From Escherichia coli (GTDB lineage: Bacteria; Pseudomonadota; Gammaproteobacteria; Enterobacterales; Enterobacteriaceae): a stretch of 64,000 bases of DNA. The DNA lies in the NCBI RefSeq assembly GCF_003334785.1, contig NZ_QOWV01000001.1; one strand, 5' to 3'. This document shows, one piece after another, positions 1-11,067 of this stretch. Made by a program: the position numbers and the translations under genes. How positions within the stretch are numbered: position 1 is the first letter of the stretch; each line of letters begins with the position of its first letter. Below the pieces are notes generated by a model. It ran no database searches and was not told where the DNA came from. It saw only the letters and a list, made by a program, of their open reading frames with translations.

Positions 1-1128
1 GCCCATACTTTGAAAATTCAGCTTGATAAACCGTTGCCGTGGTTTGTGAATTTAACCGCTAACTTTGCCTTCTTCCCGGTGCAAAAAGCCAACGTAGAAA
101 GCGGTAAAGAGTGGACGAAACCCGGAAATCTGATCGGCAATGGCGCTTATGTTCTTAAAGAGCGCGTAGTCAATGAAAAACTGGTCGTGGTACCGAATAC
201 CCATTATTGGGATAACGCCAAAACGGTACTGCAAAAAGTGACCTTCCTGCCAATTAATCAGGAATCCGCAGCCACTAAGCGTTACCTCGCGGGGGATATT
301 GATATCACCGAATCCTTCCCGAAAAATATGTATCAGAAGCTGTTGAAGGATATTCCGGGGCAGGTTTATACGCCGCCGCAGCTCGGGACCTATTATTATG
401 CGTTTAACACGCAAAAAGGGCCGACGGCAGATCAGCGCGTTCGTCTGGCATTAAGTATGACGATAGATCGCCGCCTGATGACCGAAAAAGTATTAGGGAC
501 GGGCGAAAAGCCAGCGTGGCATTTTACACCAGATGTTACCGCGGGATTTACGCCGGAACCTTCGCCGTTTGAACAAATGAGTCAGGAAGAACTGAATGCG
601 CAGGCAAAAACTTTGTTGAGCGCAGCTGGTTATGGTCCGCAAAAACCGCTGAAGCTGACGCTTTTGTATAACACTTCAGAAAACCATCAAAAAATTGCGA
701 TTGCTGTAGCATCGATGTGGAAAAAGAACCTTGGCGTAGATGTTAAATTGCAAAATCAGGAATGGAAAACCTATATCGATAGCCGTAACACCGGCAATTT
801 TGATGTTATCCGCGCCTCGTGGGTGGGGGATTATAATGAACCCTCCACTTTCCTGACATTATTAACGTCAACGCATTCAGGAAATATTTCACGCTTTAAC
901 AATCCGGCATATGACAAAGTTCTGGCCCAGGCATCGACGGAAAATACCGTTAAAGCGCGTAATGCCGATTACAACGCGGCAGAAAAAATCCTCATGGAGC
1001 AAGCACCGATTGCACCAATTTATCAATATACCAATGGACGATTAATCAAGCCGTGGCTGAAAGGTTATCCCATTAATAATCCTGAAGATGTGGCGTACAG
1101 TCGGACTATGTATATTGTGAAGCATTGA
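1..1128 (+). CDS. mppA: Periplasmic murein tripeptide-binding protein MppA, C-terminal 372 aa; gene begins upstream of the window
   Basis: ORF 10..1128 is open to the window edge; sequence recognised as OppA/MppA-family substrate-binding protein; followed by ynaI as in K-12. Confidence 0.85.
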   Translation, partial: AHTLKIQLDKPLPWFVNLTANFAFFPVQKANVESGKEWTKPGNLIGNGAYVLKERVVNEKLVVVPNTHYWDNAKTVLQKVTFLPINQESAATKRYLAGDIDITESFPKNMYQKLLKDIPGQVYTPPQLGTYYYAFNTQKGPTADQRVRLALSMTIDRRLMTEKVLGTGEKPAWHFTPDVTAGFTPEPSPFEQMSQEELNAQAKTLLSAAGYGPQKPLKLTLLYNTSENHQKIAIAVASMWKKNLGVDVKLQNQEWKTYIDSRNTGNFDVIRASWVGDYNEPSTFLTLLTSTHSGNISRFNNPAYDKVLAQASTENTVKARNADYNAAEKILMEQAPIAPIYQYTNGRLIKPWLKGYPINNPEDVAYSRTMYIVKH

Positions 1129-1178
1129 TGTGATGGGAACTGGCGTTACCCTTGTGCATAACGCCAGTGATGTCTGAT

Positions 1179-2210
1179 TTAGCGACCCTGTTCCGGCGGT
1201 GTAATGTTATCCATATACAGCGTCTGGCTGGGGAAGGCAAAGTCCGCGCCGTGTGACTGTACAATATCGATAATCTTCAAATAAACGTCTTGCTGTGCAG
1301 CAAGCCATTCAGCCCATACCGTGGTTTTGGTAAAGCAATAAACCATAATATTCAATGAAGAGTCAGCAAACTGGTTGAAATAAACCAGTAAGGTTTGTCG
1401 CTGGTCGATGGCCGGGTGATTTTTCAGCATCTCACGTACAGCTTCGACAATAACGCCCACTTTTGCCGCATCCTCATAACGTAAACCAATGGTCGTGGTA
1501 ATGCGGCGGTTGGTCATTCGTCCTGGGTTTTCTACGCTGATCGACGAAAACAGCGAGTTCGGTACGTACAATGGACGATTATCAAAGGTCGTAATTTTGG
1601 TAATTCGCCAGCCAATTTCCGCTACTGTACCTTCGATATTTCTGTCCGGTGAACGGATCCAGTCGCCAATACTGAAAGGACGGTCGAAATAGAGCATAAT
1701 CCCGGAAAAGAAGTTACTCAGAATATCTTTACCGGCCATACCGACAGCCAGACCACCAATACCACCAAAGGTCAGCAAGCCAGAAAGGCTCATGCCGAAA
1801 TGTTCGCCATAAAGCAGAACAAGCACCACAATAATGGTGATTTTGATGATACGCGACATAATCCGCGCACTGGTGATATCGCGACCTTTTTTAATCTGCT
1901 GTTTTTCAAACTGATTAATCAGCAGAAATAGCTTAATCGTCAGAATAACCGCAATCAGGGACGTACAGATAAAATCGATAACGCCTGGGGTGATAAATTT
2001 GAGTTTATAGTTTTCTATAACATAATTAATAATGCTACCAACAGCACTGATAATTATGGTGTAGATTAAAAATTGCACCGCATGGAATAAAAATCCTTTT
2101 CTTTTACGATTTCCACGGCGAAACCAAAAGCTCATCAGAATCAATGCTGCGCAGCTACCGAAAATAATGACCAGATTAAGCGCATTATTTGTAAACAGTT
2201 CAGCGATCAT
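1179..2210 (-). CDS. ynaI: MscS-family small-conductance mechanosensitive channel YnaI
   Basis: 343-aa ORF with N-terminal hydrophobic helices and MscS-like C-terminal domain; length and position match K-12 YnaI. Confidence 0.9.
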
Positions 2211-2453
2211 TGTTTTATCAGGCTCCTCCAGATAATTGTCGTCATGCCGGAAACCCCTGGCGGGGCTATTTTACCGCGACAATTCATTCAGATCATCAAT
2301 AGTCAGGGAAGGAAGTAGCAACATTAGCTAACTAATCAATGCGTTGATTGTAAATCCAGCTAAGAGGTGAGGTTTTCAGAGCAGACAACGGTGAAATGTC
2401 ATGGTATTGTTACGTTTAGGTAACAAGAAATTTGTCTGCACAAGGATTACATC

Positions 2454-2711
2454 ATGATTATGGCGAAACTGAAGTCAGCGAAAGGGAAGAAATTTCTCTT
2501 TGGTTTGTTGGCGGTTTTCATTATTGCGGCGTCGGTTGTGACTCGCGCGACCATCGGCGGCGTTATAGAACAGTACAATATTCCGCTGTCTGAGTGGACG
2601 ACATCAATGTATGTGATTCAGTCATCGATGATTTTTGTTTATAGCCTGGTCTTTACTGTGTTGCTGGCAATCCCGTTGGGAATTTATTTCCTTGGCGGCG
2701 AAGAGCAGTAA
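2454..2711 (+). CDS. ynaJ: Small inner-membrane protein YnaJ (DUF2534)
   Basis: 85-aa ORF with two hydrophobic segments; synteny between ynaI and uspE. Confidence 0.8.
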   Translation: MIMAKLKSAKGKKFLFGLLAVFIIAASVVTRATIGGVIEQYNIPLSEWTTSMYVIQSSMIFVYSLVFTVLLAIPLGIYFLGGEEQ

Positions 2712-2713
2712 GT

Positions 2714-2745
2714 AAAAAATAGGCCCGATAACTCGGGCCTTGTCA
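2714..2745. terminator. Bidirectional intrinsic terminator shared by convergent ynaJ and uspE
   Basis: A-run, then GGCCCGA-TAAC-TCGGGCC hairpin (2722..2740), then T-rich tract. Confidence 0.6.
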
Positions 2746-2760
2746 GTTATTGAAGAGTCG

Positions 2761-3711
2761 TTAATCGTCTTCTTCGTCATCCAGTTCAACGGGTGTCTGA
2801 TACTGGTCAGGTTTAATGACCAGCAGGTCGCAGCGAAGATGATCAATCACCTGTTCCGCCGTGTTGCCGAGGAATGCTGCTGAAATACCGGTGCGTCCTA
2901 CCGTGCCCAGAACCACAATCCCCGCCTGTAAGTGCTCCGCCAAATCAGGAATCACCTCTTCTGGCAGACCTTTTTCTACGTGCGTCATGTTTTCATTAAT
3001 GCCGAATTTCTGCCGCAGGGCTTTCATTGCCAGCAAATGTTGCCCACGAATGGCATCGTTATAAACGCTCGGGTCAAATTCCGGCAGTTCAATCGCGATA
3101 TTAATTGGCGTTACCGGATAAGCGCCAACCAGATGAACTTCGGTATGGTTGACTTGTTCTGCCAGTTCGATCGTCTCTTTGACCAGTTTTTCATTGAGCG
3201 CATTATGATACGGCTCTTCACTGGCGAGATTCACCGCCACCAGCGCCTTGCCTCCTTCCGGCCACGGCTGGTCTTTCACCATCCACACCGGGCTTGGGCA
3301 TTTGCGTAACAGATGCCAGTCCGTTGGCGTAAAAATCACCGCTTCCAGACGGTCATGTTGGTGCGCCATTTTTAGCACCAAATCGTGTCCGCCGCTGATC
3401 ACTTCCTGAATGATGGCTTCGAAAGGACGGTTATGCCAGACCACTTTAATTTCAATGGGAACGCCAGCATTGAGATAATATTTTGCCTGCTCGTGGATCC
3501 AGGCTGTACGCTGGCTGATGACGCCCTGACGCATAGCGGTACGTTCGTCCGGGGAGAGCAGGGTGGTCATTTCGTATGAGAAGTCATAGATCGGCAAAAA
3601 GGCTTTAATTTTGCCACCAATCCGTTGATGTAAATAAACAGCTCGCCGCAATGCTGGTTGGTCGTCCTGGTTAGGATCGATAACAACGAGCATGTTCTGA
3701 TACATAGCCAT
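2761..3711 (-). CDS. uspE: Universal stress protein E (tandem Usp domains)
   Basis: ORF 2761..3738; start placed at internal ATG 3709..3711 ([12 protein letters not shown]...) giving 316 aa, preceded by AAGGAGA Shine-Dalgarno. Confidence 0.9.
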   Translation of the reverse strand: MAMYQNMLVVIDPNQDDQPALRRAVYLHQRIGGKIKAFLPIYDFSYEMTTLLSPDERTAMRQGVISQRTAWIHEQAKYYLNAGVPIEIKVVWHNRPFEAIIQEVISGGHDLVLKMAHQHDRLEAVIFTPTDWHLLRKCPSPVWMVKDQPWPEGGKALVAVNLASEEPYHNALNEKLVKETIELAEQVNHTEVHLVGAYPVTPINIAIELPEFDPSVYNDAIRGQHLLAMKALRQKFGINENMTHVEKGLPEEVIPDLAEHLQAGIVVLGTVGRTGISAAFLGNTAEQVIDHLRCDLLVIKPDQYQTPVELDDEEDD

Positions 3712-3862
3712 ACAGGGTCTCCTTACAACAACTGTCAACGCAGTTTGTAATTAAAAGATTAACCCATATCTGGTGAATGAAACAGTGATGAACCTTCTGC
3801 CAGATCAATAAATCAGAAAAATTTAATGATATGACAGAAGGATAGTGAGTTATGCGGAAAAA

Positions 3863-4615
3863 TCAGGCAACGTTACGCGTATGACCAGCAAGCTGGGCCA
3901 GCGCATCGTTATTTTCGATGGTGATGTATTTACCTTTGACTGCCAGCATGCCGCTTTTCTGGAAGCGACCCAGCAGACGGCTGATGGTTTCTACCGTCAG
4001 GCCCAGATAGTTACCGATATCGCCACGAGTCATCGTCAGGCGGAATTCACGAGGGGAGAAGCCGCGTTGGGCAAAACGACGGGACAGGTTGTAGATGAAT
4101 GCAGCCAGACGTTCCTCGGCATTTTTCTTCGACAACAGCAGGATCATGTCCTGATCGCCTTTGATTTCACCGCTCATCAGACGCATCATCTGCTGACGCA
4201 GATTCGGCATTTTACCGGACAAATCGTCCAGCGTTTCGAACGGGATTTCACATACCATCGAGGTTTCCAGCGCCTGCGCGAAGCTCGGGTGATGGCCGCT
4301 GCCGATGGCGTCAAATCCCACCAGGTCGCCTGCTAAATGGAAACCAGTGATTTGCTCGTCGCCTTGCTCAGTGATGGTATAACTTTTAATCGTACCGGAG
4401 CGGATGGCATAAAGCGATTTAAGTTCATCACCAGCCTTAAACAGCGTCTGGCCTTTCTGAATAGGCTTCTTCCGCTCAATGATATTATCAAGCTGATCAA
4501 GCTCATGTTCGTTGAGTGTGAACGGGATGCAAAGCTGGCTGATGCTGCAATCCTGGCAATGGATAGCACAACCGCCAGACTGAATGCGCCGTATAATTCG
4601 CTTTTCCGGGATCAT
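3863..4615 (-). CDS. fnr: Anaerobic global regulator FNR (CRP/FNR family, Fe-S cluster)
   Basis: ORF 3863..4672; start at [23 protein letters not shown] giving 250 aa; N-terminal Cys cluster and C-terminal HTH visible. Confidence 0.95.
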
Positions 4616-4635
4616 AGGTCTGCTCAAGCCGTAAT

Positions 4636-4649
4636 TGATATTTGTCAAT
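4636..4649. promoter_or_regulatory. FNR-box-like inverted repeat TTGAT-ATTT-GTCAA in the fnr promoter region (probable autoregulatory site)
   Basis: Near-consensus match to TTGAT-N4-ATCAA located about 20-35 bp upstream of the fnr start codon. Confidence 0.55.
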
Positions 4650-4809
4650 TTTAACATCTTTTTAGGGAGCAAGTAAGTCTAAGCAAACCTTAACAGCAGA
4701 GAATTCCGATATTAGATGTAAATATATGTCTATCTATTTGAAAACCCTTAAGTTGTTAAGGGTAACTTTACATAAAAGTGTGAACAAGCTGGCACAAATT
4801 GTTTAATGT

Positions 4810-5325
4810 TTACAGCAAAAGATAACCTTCATGGCGCAATAACCACTCTTTTCGCTGAACTCCGCCTGCATATCCGGTCATGGTGCCGTTTCGGCCAATA
4901 ACCCGATGGCAAGGTACGACGATGCTGATGGGATTCGATCCGTTTGCCGCACCAACGGCACGCGCCGCGCCAGGACGGCCCAATTGCTCAGCCAGTTGGC
5001 CGTAATGCATTACCTGCCCGCAGGGGATAGTGCGTAGTGTTTTCCAGACTTCGCGCTGAAATGGCGTCCCCCCCGTAGCAGTGGGAAGCGTATCAATAAT
5101 GCTAAGATTACCGGCAAAATATTCACGAAGCTTGTCGCTTAAACCGCCTGGATTGGTGGCAGAAATGCGCTCATAGCCTTCTTTGCGATAATGGATGTCC
5201 AGCAGCTGCACCATGCGTTCGCTGTACTCTTCCCATTCAACCGCCCGCAGGCGAAATTGCTCATCGCAAATCACCCACAGTGGACCCAGTGGCGTGGCAA
5301 TTTTTTCTTCAAGTAATCTCAGCAT
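4810..5325 (-). CDS. ogt: O6-alkylguanine-DNA alkyltransferase Ogt
   Basis: 171-aa ORF with PCHRV active-site motif ([11 protein letters not shown]). Confidence 0.9.
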
Positions 5326-5335
5326 CCGTTCTCTC

Positions 5336-6862
5336 TTAAGACAAACGTGGGTAAATACCCGGACCTATCGGCAGACCGACAAGATACCACGCCAGCAACA
5401 TCAGCAGCCATACCACCAAAAAGATAAGTGGATAGGGCAAGACTAACGAATAGTAAGTACCCAGTTTCGCGTCTGGTTTGTAGCGTTGCAGGAATCCAAG
5501 AAACAGTGGAACAAAAGGAGATACCGGCGCTAAAGGCAATACGGATGAGTCGGCAATACGAAAGAGGATTTGCGCAAATGCCGGGTGAAAGCCAAGTAGC
5601 ATAAACATTGGTACGAAAATGGGGGCAAGAATCGACCAGATTGCGGAACCGCTGGCAATAAACATGCATAAGAAAGAGGAAAGCAACGCCAGACCGACAA
5701 ACGCCGGGATGCCGCTAAGCCCTGAACTTTCCAGTATATCGGTCAGCCCCACGGCGATGAATTTCCCCATGTTGCTCCAGTTAAACATGGCGACAAATTG
5801 GGCGAGGGGAAAAACCATCACGATAAATCCCGCCATCTCTTTCATCGGTTCAATCATTAAATGCGGTAAATCCGCCTGACGTCGAATTGTGCGGGTAGCG
5901 ATGCCATAAGCCAGCGAGACAACAAAGAAAAAAAGAATGATCAGTGGCACGATACCTTTAATAAAGGGTGATGGCATCACGGTGTGATTAATCGGATCGC
6001 GCAATATCCCGTTTTGCGGGATCACCATCAGCGCAATCGCAGCAATAAAAAGTAGCGATACGACACCTGCTATGCGTAAACCAAAACGCTGACTTTCGGT
6101 CAATGTCTGCAGTTTCTCATCGCTGTTTCCCTGCCATTGACCTAACCGTGGCTCGATGATTTTGTCGGTTATCAGGCCGCCAACAATCGTCAGTACGACT
6201 ACGGAGCTGGCCATAAAATACCAGTTATCAATTACACTGACGTGCATTTGCGGATTGAACGCAGCTGCCGCTTCCGTGCTGATCCCCGACAGCAACACGT
6301 CGGTTGTGACAATCAGTAAATTAGCCGTAAAGCCGCAACCTACGCCTGCAATGGCAGCCAGTAAACCTGCAACTGGATGCCTGCCCACCGCCAGAAAAAT
6401 CAGCGCACCCATCGGTGGCATGATCACTAACGCCGCATCGGAAGAAATGTGGCTGAAAAAAGCAATAAACAGCACCATATAACTGGCGTAGCGGGCATTA
6501 ACATGCGATGCCATTTTAACCATTAGTGCTGGCAGTAAGCCGACGCGCTCCGCCAGACCGGCACCTAAAACCAGCGCCAGGATCGCACCAAGTGGAGCAA
6601 AACCGCTAAAGTTTTTAATAACATTGGGTAAAAACCAGTGTAATCCTTCCACACTGAGCAGGTTTTTCACCACGACCGGCGTACCATCGGTCGGGTTTTT
6701 CGCACTGACGCCAAAGGCCGACAAAATTGCCGTCGTCACCATGAGTACGATAATCAAATAGATAAAGAGCAGAAAAGGATGGGGAACCTTGTTACCAATT
6801 CTTTCGACCCAGCCATAGAGCTTCCCGGATTGGGAGGACGACGGTATGGATGACATACTCAT
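5336..6862 (-). CDS. abgT: p-Aminobenzoyl-glutamate transporter AbgT
   Basis: ORF 5336..6868, polytopic membrane protein; second ATG (6862) preferred because GAGGA sits at suitable spacing; about 508 aa. Confidence 0.9.
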
Positions 6863-6898
6863 GGGCATTCCTCGGTTGTTGTGTTTGCGTTGTTGTTG

Positions 6899-8344
6899 TT
6901 ATTTTAAAGGTGACGGTGTCACGTTTTTCGGGATAGGGCAGTGATACGGTTGCGTGTCCGTTACTTGCTGATGCTCTTGTTGGCATTCTTGCAATAGCCC
7001 TGAATCAAGGAAGAGATTGACTGTGGTTGCTGCCATAGTTTTCGCCGCCAGCAGCATTCCTTTATGAGCAATAGATGTTCGCCCCTGGCTAACCAGTTGC
7101 CACGTATGTAGCGGTGTACCGACGGCAAAACAGGGGCTGAAACACTGGGCAACAGGCAGTTTCCAACTGACGTCGCCGACATCAGTCGATGCCGCAAGCA
7201 CGTTATCGGTGGCGGCATATGGAGCGACTTCATTCGCCAGTACCGTTTCACGATGACGTAGTGCAAAAACCTTGCCGTTTTCGCCACCGGTTGCGGCGAT
7301 ATTATTCAGACTGTTTTGCCGATCGTTGGAGGTGAGCGTAGCCTGAATTTGTTTCGCAAAAGCCAGTTCTTCGGAGTTCCATTCCGGGGTACCAAAATGG
7401 GATAGGGCCTGGTACATGGCATTTTCTAAGGTGCGATTCGGGAGATAACTGGAACAGGCTTTGTCGAAGCGGCATTCAACCGTGGTTTCGGTCATCAATG
7501 CCGCACCTTCGGCGATTTTGGCGACCCGATCATAAATATGCTGCACGTCGGTCATTTCGGGGGCGCGGATAAGATAAAGCACTTCTGCCTGCGCCTGGAC
7601 CACGTTGGGCGAGATCCCGCCGCTATTTGTGATGGCATAGTGTACGCGCGCTTTTTCAATAATATGTTCGTTGAGGAAGTTGGTGCCAGTGGTCATCAAC
7701 GTTACGGCATCAAGGGCGCTGCGTCCCAAATGAGGGGAATTCGCGGCATGTGCTGCGATCCCTTTAAAGCGCCATGATGCCTGAATGTTTGCCAGCGTGC
7801 GGGTATTGAACATACCGGCAAAGGCTTCCGGGTGCCAGGTGAGTGCCGCATCCACATCATCAAATACCCCCTCGCGAACCATGAACGTTTTACCCGAGCC
7901 GCCTTCTTCGCCAGGACAACCCTAAAAGCGCACCGTGCCGCCTTGCCCATATTGTTCCAGCCATTTCTTGACGGCTATTGCAGCGGCAAAGGCGGCGGTT
8001 CCCAGCAAATTGTGTCCGCAACCGTGACCATTTTCACCGGGCGTCACGGATGTAGGTTGCGCGCAACCTGCTTGCTGACTTAAACCTGCCAGGGCGTCAT
8101 ATTCTCCCAGCAGGGCGATAACCGGTTTGCCTTGACCAAACGAAGCAATAAAGGCATTTGGGATATTGCCTACGTTGCGGGTAACGGTGAAGCCTGCAGA
8201 TTCCAGCGCCGAAGCCAGATGCTCCGCTGACCAGAACTCTTCAAAACGTGTTTCTGGATGATCCCAGATTTGATCGGCAATATCGGTATAACGTTGGCGA
8301 TCGGCTTCAATCGCATCGTCGATAAAACGATAGATTTCCTGCAT
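6899..8344 (-). pseudogene. abgB: abgB (p-aminobenzoyl-glutamate hydrolase subunit B, M20 peptidase) interrupted by an in-frame TAG at 7922..7924
   Basis: ORFs 7922..8344 (140 aa, ends ...GGTVRF) and 6899..7882 (327 aa) are in the same frame; translating across the gap gives GTVRF-stop-GCPGEEGGSGKTF-MVREGV; total 140+1+13+327 = 481 codons, the length I recall for intact AbgB. Confidence 0.8.
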
Positions 8345-9654
8345 CAGATACCTCGCGTCCAGGGAAAATTGAGCGCGGTGCGCGCCAGCGTTTCGACGGC
8401 AATAGCGAGAACCTGCTCGTCAAAATCGAATTTTTCGTTGTGATGACCTGCCGCCAGCTGTGTGCCAAACACCACGTAGGAGGCTTGCCCTTGATGTTGC
8501 TGCACGCGGGCCATCATTAATGTGGCATCTTCGGAACCCGCAGGCGCTTCAACACGTTCAATGGCCTGATTGACCCCCGCGACCTGAGCCGCCTGACTTT
8601 GCAACCATGCGACCCATTGCGGCGAAGGAGAACTGGCGGTAGCTGCACCCATCAGACGAGTTTCAACGCCGACACCATACATGGTTGCTGCGCCCTGAAT
8701 CGCTTGTTGTGCACGGTCAAAAACATATTGATTAATGACGTCGCTGGCCCCGCGTGTTTCCACTTTCAGCAACGCCGAGGCAGGAACAACGTTACGACCG
8801 CTTCCTGCCTGCATAACGCCCACGTTTACTCTGGAAGCTCCTTCGCTGTGCGGGGCGATTGCATGCAGTGCAAGAGTGGCTTGTGCTGCCGCCAACAAGG
8901 CATTGTGACCGTCTTCTGGTTTTGCGCCTGCGTGAGCGGCGGTACCGGTGAAGTGCGCGTCAAATTTGGTGGTTGCCATAAAATTATCACTGCCGCACAC
9001 CACGGTGCCCGCAGGTACGCCAGTGCCAATGTGCACGGCAGTAAAATAATCAACATCATCTACGACACCTGCATCGACCATCGCCCGCGCGCCACGCGTA
9101 CCTTCCTCTGCAGGCTGAAAAATCAGTTTGATGACGCCATGTAGTCCGGACTCGAACTGTTTAAGGGTATGCGCCAGCCCAAGCCCAATGGCGGTATGTC
9201 CATCATGACCACAGGCATGCATCATTCCGGCGTTACATGACGCAAAACCGTCGCGGTAGGGGCGATGGCTGACATCCTGCTCTTCACTGAGATCCAGCGC
9301 GTCCATATCGACACGGAAAGCCATCACCGGACCGGGGCGACCGGTATCCAGGGTGGCGACGATACCAGTGAAACCACCTTCAAAAGCCGCAATCCATTGT
9401 GCTAGCGCACCCTGTTGACGAGCGCGCTCGAATTCGCGTTGTAGAGTGAATTCATCAGGTAATCCCATCCGGCTACTTTCATTAACTACTTCGCGACCCA
9501 GCGCCAGTGAATAGCCGAGCTGGTGCAATTCTTCCGCAACAAGGGTGGCGGTGCGGAATTCCACCCAGCCAGACTCTGCATAGTGATGAAAATCACGTCG
9601 CCAGTGCGATAATTTTGGGGCAAGCGAATTAACAAATTGATTCAAAGACTCCAT
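8344..9654 (-). CDS. abgA: p-Aminobenzoyl-glutamate hydrolase subunit A (M20 peptidase family)
   Basis: ORF 8344..9669; start placed at MESLNQF (436 aa); stop overlaps abgB start (ATGA). Confidence 0.9.
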   Translation of the reverse strand: MESLNQFVNSLAPKLSHWRRDFHHYAESGWVEFRTATLVAEELHQLGYSLALGREVVNESSRMGLPDEFTLQREFERARQQGALAQWIAAFEGGFTGIVATLDTGRPGPVMAFRVDMDALDLSEEQDVSHRPYRDGFASCNAGMMHACGHDGHTAIGLGLAHTLKQFESGLHGVIKLIFQPAEEGTRGARAMVDAGVVDDVDYFTAVHIGTGVPAGTVVCGSDNFMATTKFDAHFTGTAAHAGAKPEDGHNALLAAAQATLALHAIAPHSEGASRVNVGVMQAGSGRNVVPASALLKVETRGASDVINQYVFDRAQQAIQGAATMYGVGVETRLMGAATASSPSPQWVAWLQSQAAQVAGVNQAIERVEAPAGSEDATLMMARVQQHQGQASYVVFGTQLAAGHHNEKFDFDEQVLAIAVETLARTALNFPWTRGI

Positions 9655-9829
9655 AACCTTTCCCGTCATCAGTAAAAAGTGTGACCCGGTTCACGTAGCG
9701 ATAGTTTTTACTTATCACTAACTGATTTTTCACAGTTTTAACCGTTCATAAATTACCCTGACACAATCATCTGCATTAAAGTAGATGCCAGTTTCTTTGG
9801 TCTGATAAATAACGGTTATCGGTGGCGTC

Positions 9830-10738
9830 ATGGCTTTTCAGGTAAAAATTCATCAAATTCGGGCTTTTGTTGAAGTGGCTCGTCAGGGCAGCATTCGCGG
9901 AGCGAGCCGAATGTTGAATATGTCGCAACCGGCACTGAGTAAATCTATTCAGGAGCTAGAAGAAGGGTTAGCGGCGCAACTCTTTTTTCGCCGTAGTAAA
10001 GGCGTGACGTTAACTGATGCCGGTGAAAGTTTTTATCAGCACGCCAGTCTAATTCTTGAAGAGCTGCGCGCAGCCCAAGAGGATATTCGCCAACGACAAG
10101 GGCAACTGGCAGGGCAGATTAATATCGGCATGGGGGCCAGTATTTCCCGCAGTCTGATGCCAGCTGTCATATCTCGTTTTCATCAGCAGCATCCGCAGGT
10201 AAAAGTACGCATTATGGAAGGGCAACTGGTGTCGATGATTAATGAATTGCGTCAGGGAGAATTGGATTTCACCATCAATACCTATTATCAGGGACCGTAC
10301 GACCACGAATTTACTTTTGAGAAATTACTGGAAAAGCAATTCGCGATCTTTTGCCGCCCGGGACACCCCGCCATTGGTGCCCGTTCGATCAAACAGTTAC
10401 TGGATTACAGCTGGACAATGCCGACGCCACACGGCAGCTACTACAAACAGTTGAGTGAATTGCTTGACGATCAGGCGCAAACGCCACAGGTCGGTGTAGT
10501 CTGCGAGACGTTCTCAGCCTGTATCAGTCTGGTGGCAAAAAGCGATTTTCTCAGCATACTGCCTGAAGAAATGGGCTGCGATCCCTTGCACGGACAGGGG
10601 CTGGTGATGTTGCCGGTTAGCGAAATTTTACCGAAAGCGGCCTATTATTTGATTCAGCGGCGTGATAGTCGCCAGACACCACTGACCGCGTCATTAATCA
10701 CGCAATTCCGGCGAGAATGCGGCTATCTGCAAAGTTAA
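9830..10738 (+). CDS. abgR: LysR-type transcriptional regulator AbgR
   Basis: 302-aa ORF, N-terminal LysR HTH, divergent from abgABT. Confidence 0.9.
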   Translation: MAFQVKIHQIRAFVEVARQGSIRGASRMLNMSQPALSKSIQELEEGLAAQLFFRRSKGVTLTDAGESFYQHASLILEELRAAQEDIRQRQGQLAGQINIGMGASISRSLMPAVISRFHQQHPQVKVRIMEGQLVSMINELRQGELDFTINTYYQGPYDHEFTFEKLLEKQFAIFCRPGHPAIGARSIKQLLDYSWTMPTPHGSYYKQLSELLDDQAQTPQVGVVCETFSACISLVAKSDFLSILPEEMGCDPLHGQGLVMLPVSEILPKAAYYLIQRRDSRQTPLTASLITQFRRECGYLQS

Positions 10739-10744
10739 AACTGC

Positions 10745-10840
10745 ATAAAAAAATAGAGTCTGTCGACATCCGCCAGACTCTACAGTACACACAGCAGTGC
10801 ATCCGCGTCTTAAATCCGGCATTGTCTCCTCTGCGCCGGT
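10745..10840 (-). ncRNA. mcaS: Small regulatory RNA McaS (IsrA)
   Basis: Minus-strand sequence ACCGGCGCAGAGGAGACAAUGCCGGAUUUAAGACGCGGAUGCACUGCUGUGUGUACUGUAGAGUCUGGCGGAUGUCGACAGACUCUAUUUUUUUAU matches my recollection of McaS, ending in hairpin plus U7; lies between abgR and smrA. Confidence 0.8.
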
Positions 10841-11067
10841 GACTGTGTTATAACGGTTTTAACCTTTAGTTGCCAATTTTCTTCAGTGACAGATTTCACG
10901 AAAATATAAGTTACATTATTAATATCGTGAATGAATAATCATGCATAAGTATTTTGCTTAAAATATCGGCAATATTTGGAACTTATTACTGGAAATTTGG
11001 GTAATACGTTGTTGGACCGACCCGGTCTGGTTATCATATCGCGCTCTTAATTGCGGGAGGATGTAAC

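Noticed and set aside
1129-1178. Hairpin GGCGTTA...TAACGCC between mppA and ynaI as a terminator
   Set aside because: Short stem without flanking U-tract; convergent genes may rely on it, but evidence from sequence alone is weak
3845-4336. 163-aa + strand ORF antisense to fnr
   Set aside because: Lies entirely within the fnr coding sequence on the opposite strand; fnr identity is unambiguous
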